Of a stretch of DNA of 39,036 bases, positions 35,668-39,036 are shown piece by piece. The notes under the pieces are model-generated. The model was given only the letters and a program-made list of their open reading frames with translations. It was not told where the DNA came from and did not search any database. The DNA is taken from the IMG/VR virus record IMGVR_UViG_3300029145_000009, positions 1-39,036 of that record. The stretch is one strand, 5' to 3'. The position numbers and the translations under genes are program-made. Within the stretch, counting starts at the first letter, position 1, and every line of letters begins with the position of its first letter. The DNA is from a virus (taxonomy: Duplodnaviria > Caudoviricetes).

Positions 35668-37851
35668 TTAATCTCCAAATGGATTGTCATCTAGTGAATA
35701 ATAATAAGACTTCATACCATCAGTTGTTGTGTCTTTAGCATGAAACCCTTCTTTTCTTAAAATCTTTCTCACTGTTTTAACATCACCTTTGAAATCAGTT
35801 AGCTCATCATATAGCTGTTCTAATGATTGTGATGTGAATCTTTTCTGTTTTATCCCTTTAGCAAACTCTTCAACACCGTGATCTTTAGCTAAATTAATTA
35901 AATAGTCATGCATATGATGTTTAAGCGCATAAGCTATTCTTTGTGCTGCGAACATGCTGTCAGCTATTAGTTTATGCTTATCATCTGATTTTGGTGGTGA
36001 GATATACTCGTCTTTCGACATCATCGGTACTTCAGTAGCTAAATAATAACAAAAGTCTTTTATCTCTTTAAATATCTGGTCATACTGTTCAGCACTCCAC
36101 CATGGCTGTAACTCTAATATATTGGGTGTTTCCATTAAATGTACACGACGGTCATTGTCATCTAGTATAATAGGATTCTTATTTGCTGTCATTATAATAG
36201 TTATCATTTGTTTTATTGAGTAACTAGCTGTACGCATATCTCTAATATCTAAGCTTTTACTACCAGTCCAAGCTTTCAACTTACCTTTGACACTCTCACG
36301 GTCTGCAAGCCTGGTTAACTGGTCACCATATTCATCTAACTGACAAAAGTATGTATCTAATAAAAATGTATTATACTTATCAAGGAACTCTTCTGTCGTA
36401 GGTCTTGACATTGTGCCCATTATAGCGCTAAGTATTAATGTAAACGTGTCTTTACCTGAACCGGACACACCTAGAAAGTATAATATTACAGGAGAATACT
36501 CGAAGTAAGTTAGCTTTCGTTTTATGAATTGCAATAAATAATCTCTTGCCTGTTTGTTCGGTACTAATGTTTCTAAATATTTAATTGTTGTGTTCGGTCG
36601 TTTGTAAAATTGTGCATAGTCTTGAGGATGATGTAGTACACGCAATTCAGGACTAGGCTTAAAGCTATTAAAACCTAATACTTGCGGTACAGATATATTA
36701 CAAAATCCAAAGTCTTGCGCAGGGTCAGAAATTATTCTAACTATAGGTATCTTCTTCTTTAAAATAGCTTTCTTAGGCATAACAGTTGTGACGGTAACAT
36801 CTAAAAATGAAACAAACTCAGTATCTTTATTAAATGCTTTAAACTCTTCATTTGTCATATCTAAATAATAATACATCATACGTTCATCATCAAAACCTAA
36901 GTCAACAATAAGTCCATGTTTTGTAGTTACTGTGAAGCGTTGATCAGACCAGTGCTCATCATATGCCCATATTTGTTTACCGTCAATAGAACTCTTACCT
37001 TCAAGCATAGGGTCAATAATAGTTTTCTCTAATCTATTATCATCCATAGGATTTGTAAACAGGTTGTTTATACGTATCATGCAATCCATATAGAGCTCCT
37101 GGTCAACACTAGTATCCGCGCCCAATATTGCACTTAGCTTTGAAAGGTACTCACTTCCACGACCACTAGGAATATTTTTAGGATGTAAATAACCTACTTT
37201 TTGATATTGCTCTTCTGTTCTAAACTCTCGTGGAGTTATTATCTTAAATAATGATGGTATAAATTCACCGCGTTTACCTATAAATTGCTGTAATAATGGA
37301 GCTAAACATGGACGATGCTGTATAGGTTGTACGTACTCTTCGTACTTTGGTGTTTTCTTTTCTAATTGTGTTAATAGTAGTTTTACAGTAGCAGGTGCTT
37401 CTTTTATCGTATGTAAATCAGTCCAAGGTACTTTTGTCTCATTAGCATCAGTAGGCAAATAAACAAAGCCGTTGTCAGTATAGAAATCTAATGCTAATAC
37501 CCCATCATTAATGTCAAATGCTTGAAGCTCTTCATTATACTGATAAATTATAGTACCAGTCTGTCCTTTACCTTTGCCTTTACTGTGAAATACAGCATCG
37601 TAGTCAGGGTCCAATTGCCGAAATAGTAAGAATGTAGCCTCATTGTCACAGTCAATAGCTATTATATTACTTACTTTACCAGTAATAGCTCCACCGATAG
37701 CTGTAGCTTTTGTATTGAATTCTTCTTTGTATTTTTTCTTCCACCCTTTCTCAAAATGAGGTACAGTTTTATCACCATTGTTAATTCGCTTCAGTTCTCC
37801 AGCTAATGGTACTGTATGCCATTTAGCCTCTATGAATTTCCTCATTATCAT
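35668..37851 (-). CDS. Primase-helicase (Prim-Pol/AEP N-terminus plus SF3/DUF5906-type helicase)
   Basis: GAITG..IIAIDCD, G.VYLP. C-terminal GVSGSGKDT, LDEY, TANKN, DRRV. Confidence 0.85.
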   Translation of the reverse strand: MIMRKFIEAKWHTVPLAGELKRINNGDKTVPHFEKGWKKKYKEEFNTKATAIGGAITGKVSNIIAIDCDNEATFLLFRQLDPDYDAVFHSKGKGKGQTGTIIYQYNEELQAFDINDGVLALDFYTDNGFVYLPTDANETKVPWTDLHTIKEAPATVKLLLTQLEKKTPKYEEYVQPIQHRPCLAPLLQQFIGKRGEFIPSLFKIITPREFRTEEQYQKVGYLHPKNIPSGRGSEYLSKLSAILGADTSVDQELYMDCMIRINNLFTNPMDDNRLEKTIIDPMLEGKSSIDGKQIWAYDEHWSDQRFTVTTKHGLIVDLGFDDERMMYYYLDMTNEEFKAFNKDTEFVSFLDVTVTTVMPKKAILKKKIPIVRIISDPAQDFGFCNISVPQVLGFNSFKPSPELRVLHHPQDYAQFYKRPNTTIKYLETLVPNKQARDYLLQFIKRKLTYFEYSPVILYFLGVSGSGKDTFTLILSAIMGTMSRPTTEEFLDKYNTFLLDTYFCQLDEYGDQLTRLADRESVKGKLKAWTGSKSLDIRDMRTASYSIKQMITIIMTANKNPIILDDNDRRVHLMETPNILELQPWWSAEQYDQIFKEIKDFCYYLATEVPMMSKDEYISPPKSDDKHKLIADSMFAAQRIAYALKHHMHDYLINLAKDHGVEEFAKGIKQKRFTSQSLEQLYDELTDFKGDVKTVRKILRKEGFHAKDTTTDGMKSYYYSLDDNPFGD

Positions 37852-38519
37852 TTGAGTTTCCTACTGACTGTTGCTTGACTGATGTTAAGTTCTCTTGCAA
37901 TTTCTGCTTGAGTATAACCTTTTTCATGGAGAGTTTTAATCTCTTCCATCGAAGCCTTGCCATGTGGTTTATATTCCTTAACACCTAGTTGCTCCCGTTT
38001 TATATTATACACAGTCGTATAGCTAACTTTTAATACTCTAGCTATGTCTTTTGGTGGTATTTCATCTAATAGCATATCAATAATTTGCTCTGTTACTTCT
38101 TCATTTATTACTTTATATGCTGTTAAATCATACTGTTCTAATAGCTTCTTTACTTTGTATGTACTGATTTTAAAATACTCAGCCATATCTTTGATTGTAT
38201 AATGATGCTCTAGCAAATGCTCAATCATGTCTTTCGGCGGGTCATCTTTAGGTACTGCTCTGTTGTCATACATTATAGCTAATACTGTAGTCAATGGTAA
38301 ACTATATCGTTTAGCTACTTTTATTTTCGACCATCCGTAAAAGTCAATGTGATGATTAACTTCTGTTTGTAATGACAGTGGTGTTCGTCGAAAGTCGAGC
38401 TCAATGTGATGATGAAGACAATACTGACGAAACTCTAAATGTGAAACATCCAAAGCTTTTACTAAGTTTTCTTCTATTGCACCGTGCTTTAAAGCTAATA
38501 TTATTTGTTCAGCCTTCAT
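37848..38519 (-). CDS. Multi-HTH DNA-binding protein
   Basis: Several HTH units (TIKDMAEYFKISTYKV, PKDIARVLKVSYTTV, TQAEIARELNISQATVSR). Confidence 0.8.
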   Translation of the reverse strand: MKAEQIILALKHGAIEENLVKALDVSHLEFRQYCLHHHIELDFRRTPLSLQTEVNHHIDFYGWSKIKVAKRYSLPLTTVLAIMYDNRAVPKDDPPKDMIEHLLEHHYTIKDMAEYFKISTYKVKKLLEQYDLTAYKVINEEVTEQIIDMLLDEIPPKDIARVLKVSYTTVYNIKREQLGVKEYKPHGKASMEEIKTLHEKGYTQAEIARELNISQATVSRKLK

Positions 38520-38892
38520 AGTTTTTACCAAAATGTTCGATAAATAAATTACTAGTAATCATTAATGATTGAAAAGTTTGCGCTGGTTTATCGTCTATTT
38601 TAGACATTATTCTACAGACTATAGCATTAAGCAAATACGCGCCATAATACTTTTTATATTCAAGTAAATCAAAATCAAAATTTATTGCTAGAGCTGAAAG
38701 AAAATGTTTACTTTTTTCAGGTGGAAATATATTTAATGCGTATATTGCATCTACTATACCGCTTATTGTAAATATTGTCATAAGATGTAATGGTTCATCA
38801 TCCGGTTCTGTTTTATTTAATTGTTGAAGCAAATTAGTATAATTATTATAGCTTATATCGCTATCAATTAATTTATTTAGTGTTGTATACAT
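38509..38892 (-). CDS. Hypothetical early protein (TTLNK..KTEPDDEPL family)
   Basis: 127 aa, SD GGAG. The N-terminal pattern recurs in phage early proteins. Confidence 0.65.
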   Translation of the reverse strand: MYTTLNKLIDSDISYNNYTNLLQQLNKTEPDDEPLHLMTIFTISGIVDAIYALNIFPPEKSKHFLSALAINFDFDLLEYKKYYGAYLLNAIVCRIMSKIDDKPAQTFQSLMITSNLFIEHFGKNYEG

Positions 38893-39034
38893 TAATTTCT
38901 CCGAAATGTTTTACGAATAATGCTTTTAATTCTTTTTTAAGTAATGCCCAATACTTACCACGAGCTTCTCGTTCTTTATCGTTTATATAATTAAATATTA
39001 CTGAACCGGCACCATCACTATAAAGAAAATAATA
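38873..39034 (-). CDS. 5'-truncated ORF, possible paralogue of 38509..38892
   Basis: Open frame to the window end. Ends LFVKHFGEINVYNTK, versus LFIEHFGKNYEG in its neighbour. Confidence 0.5.
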   Translation of the reverse strand, partial: YYFLYSDGAGSVIFNYINDKEREARGKYWALLKKELKALFVKHFGEINVYNTK

Positions 39035-39036
39035 TT

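Noticed and set aside
1-39036. Alternative genetic code, introns or inteins, and a lysogeny module
   Set aside because: Genes tile densely under the standard code, polymerase, helicases and TS are uninterrupted, and no integrase was seen. The genome is incomplete, so lifestyle is not settled.

Overview
This window is most of an AT-rich, tailed dsDNA bacteriophage genome with podovirus-like (P22/N4-type) virion genes. It is partial: both ends fall inside ORFs, no terminase is present, and bases 1-17 are a random-amplification library primer. Two gene arms converge at about 22.7 kb. The + arm (1-22.7 kb) is morphogenesis: scaffold, major capsid, decoration protein, fibre/spike proteins, adaptor, nozzle, needle, ejection proteins, portal and holin-like proteins. 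The - arm (39.0-22.7 kb) is early/replication: primase-helicase, RecD/Dda-like helicase, SSB, family A DNA polymerase, a nucleotide-metabolism cluster, nucleases, SF2 helicase, ATP-dependent ligase and an amidase endolysin. No integrase, RNA polymerase, reverse transcriptase, tRNA or CRISPR array was seen. Three things stand out. (1) The thymidylate-synthase homologue has Asp at the E. coli Asn177 specificity position and is clustered with a MazG-like pyrophosphatase, a dNMP kinase and a dCMP deaminase, suggesting a dCMP-methylation pathway. (2) Two 24-aa Pro-Lys micropeptides and a hidden 43-aa membrane ORF, all missing from the ORF track, sit beside holin-like membrane genes. (3) A GC-rich three-way-junction RNA/ssDNA element lies between SSB and the polymerase operon. 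Functional calls come from motifs recognised by eye, not from database searches.
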